In this document: positions 50,201 to 64,000 of the stretch, piece after piece | Position numbering within the stretch: the stretch's first letter is position 1 | Layout: each line of letters starts with the position of its first letter | Origin: Macrostomum lignano | Taxonomy: Eukaryota | DNA length: 64,000 nucleotides | Direction of reading: 5' to 3' | Assembly: GCA_002269645.1 (NCBI GenBank) | Contig: NIVC01002019.1 | Span: forward strand, 39,040 to 103,039 | Made by a program: the position numbers and the translations under genes | The notes under the pieces: generated by a model | The model's database searches: none | The model's input: the letters and a program-made list of their open reading frames with translations, nothing else | What the model was told of the DNA's origin: nothing

Positions 50201-50824
50201 GGGTTGAGGTTTTGTTCGGAAAGGCGCAATGGGGGAGGGTTTAAGCTTAAGAGCCAATAAAGAGCCAATTGTGTTTAAAAATATTTGAAATTGCTTCTGT
50301 TTTACTTACTACTGAACTGAATAGTAGCTTACACGCAAATGTGCTGAGTGAGGAAAAGCCTACCTAGCAACAAACTGAGCCGTGGTTATGAATTCGCTAT
50401 CGTGCAGAGTGCTCAACAGCACGTGAAGATGATTCCTCAGCTCGGTGTCTAACGCGTTCACCAGTCCGCTGGCGATCGGCTCCCATTCAACCGGCAGCAT
50501 GTCGCCATTGGGCTCGACCAGTTTGACGCCGTTGTCATGCTCGGGATTGTGGCTGGCCGTCACCATCACGCCGACTGCTTGCCCGTGCAGAGATCGCGAC
50601 CTCAGAGCGGCCAGCACTCCCATGCGAAACATGATGTAGTCCATTTGGCCCGCGTCCGCTCGCATCCGGAAGCCGGCGGTGCCGTAGGCCACGTGACCAT
50701 GCAGCTGCGGATGCCTGTAGGCGCCGGAGCAGGCCGTCTGGCACACGGAGTTCACCAGGGCGTCAACCGAGGCTGGTGGCGGCAGCACCGCCGAGTTTCT
50801 GTTGTGCGACTGTTGAGTCAACAT
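44208..50824 (-). CDS. PGM3: Phosphoacetylglucosamine mutase (594 aa)
   Basis: Exons 50824-50364, 49697-49272, 48246-48102, 46505-46134 and 44588-44208 are in frame with GT-AG introns. Motifs: YGTAGFR, GVMVTASHNP..DNGVK, GHDSR, TTPQLHY, DAANGVGA, CGADFVK, SFDGDADR, LDGDK, VQTAYAN, TGVKHLH, YFEANGHGT, VGDA, RAFVRPSGTEDVVRVYAE. Confidence 0.97.
44620..46050. repeat. 34-bp minisatellite (CTCTGCTGACACTAAATATGCCTGTCTCTGACAC), PGM3 intron 4
   Basis: Directly visible. Confidence 0.95.
46570..47760. repeat. T-rich degenerate repeat (TTGATTTTAGTTGATTTG), PGM3 intron 3
   Basis: Directly visible. Confidence 0.9.
48260..49105. repeat. 21-bp minisatellite (CACATGAAATACTGACAGTCA), PGM3 intron 2
   Basis: Directly visible; produces THEILT(V/A/G) and CQYFMC pseudo-ORFs. 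Confidence 0.95.
49736..50025 (+). mobile_element. tRNA-derived SINE with CORE-like domain, copy 2
   Basis: A box TGGCCTAGTGG (49744) and B box GGTTCGATTCC (49788), followed by the CORE-like segment and 3' tail shared with 34163-34415. Confidence 0.87.
50031..50350. mobile_element. MITE family B, copy 3 (truncated)
   Basis: Runs from ACTCAGGCATATATA to CTTACACGCAAATGTGCTGAGTG, homologous to copies 1 and 2. Confidence 0.7.
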
Positions 50825-50879
50825 GCAATATTGCGGGTTTTGAATGCGACTGCCGTCTCTGTCTCAACTCTCATAGGAT

Positions 50880-51060
50880 CACACAGACAGGCAGGCAGGC
50901 AGGCAGGCAGACAGACAGACAGACACTAAGACAGACAGACACTAAGACAGACAGACAGACACTAAGACAGACAGACAGACACATAGACAGACATTAAGAC
51001 AGACAGACACTAAGAAAGAGAGACAGACAGACAGACAGACATTAAGACAGACAGACACTA

Positions 51061-51117
<57 letters not shown>

Positions 51118-51144
51118 CTAAGACAGACAGACAGACAGACACTA

Positions 51145-51207
<63 letters not shown>

Positions 51208-51304
51208 AAGACAGACAGACACTAGAACAGACAGACAGACAGACACTAAGACAGACAGACAGACAGACACATAGACAGACATTAAGACAGACAGACACTA
51301 AGAC

Positions 51305-51365
<61 letters not shown>

Positions 51366-51366
51366 T
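50880..51366. repeat. (GACA)n compound microsatellite upstream of the PGM3 ATG
   Basis: Directly visible. Confidence 0.95.
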
Positions 51367-51884
51367 AGGCAGCCAAATTGAATGAAAACCGTGAAGCACG
51401 AAGTGTTAAGATATAGAAAAGTGTTTATAAACCGGTCTATATATTGCAACAGCTGGTTAAAAAATGCTTTAATAAGCTTGAGAATTCAAACGGGCAGAAC
51501 AGAACGCAGTACACTATTAGCGTAGAAAACACAGTACACAATAGAAAAATAACATTAATATAATGCAAATGCTTGCATGGTGAAATATAAATTCAGAGTA
51601 TTAAAGTTAATTAATAAACTTGATTAGTTGTTAACCAGTAAAACTTAGTTGAGTCATGAGTCAAGACAGCACCCTTATTGCATTAGTTGGCATTAAAGAC
51701 AGCGATATATATCATAAATAATATAGTAAAAAATAGAAAATGCATATCGCCAATCAGTCGGGCCAAGTGTAAAAAAGAACATTGAGCTTCCTAATGGCAG
51801 TAAGTGAATTATAAAAATGCTTAATAATTTTTTGCGTAATAATCGTTAATCCAATTGTATTAACTTCGAACAGATTATTCCAGG

Positions 51885-64000
<12,116 letters not shown>

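Overview
Eukaryotic (metazoan) genomic DNA with GC-rich exons, spliceosomal introns and an extreme load of intronic minisatellites. The architecture resembles the flatworm Macrostomum lignano, but the species assignment is inference and was not verified. I could reconstruct six conserved genes by hand from splice sites and protein motifs: SKIV2L/Ski2 (-, runs off the left edge), an SPC24-like kinetochore gene (-), INTS7 (+), an ATRX/XNP-type SNF2 ATPase apparently lacking the ADD domain (+), PGM3 (-) and RTEL1 (-, runs off the right edge, with five single-base deletions that look like long-read errors). There is also one orphan coiled-coil ORF (-). Mobile DNA comprises a defective hAT transposon with TIRs, an 8-bp TSD and a nested MITE, two copies of a tRNA-derived CORE-like SINE, and several MITE families. 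About 28 tandem arrays fill most long introns, usually a different unit in each. The most interesting signals are: shared sequence cores across arrays at separate loci; an array of AG|GT decoy splice sites inside a GC-AG intron; a MITE caught with and without an internal repeat expansion; three GC-AG introns; and two tight same-strand gene pairs that may be trans-spliced operons. There is no CRISPR, rRNA or genuine tRNA gene. Most long ORFs in the supplied track are translations of repeats.
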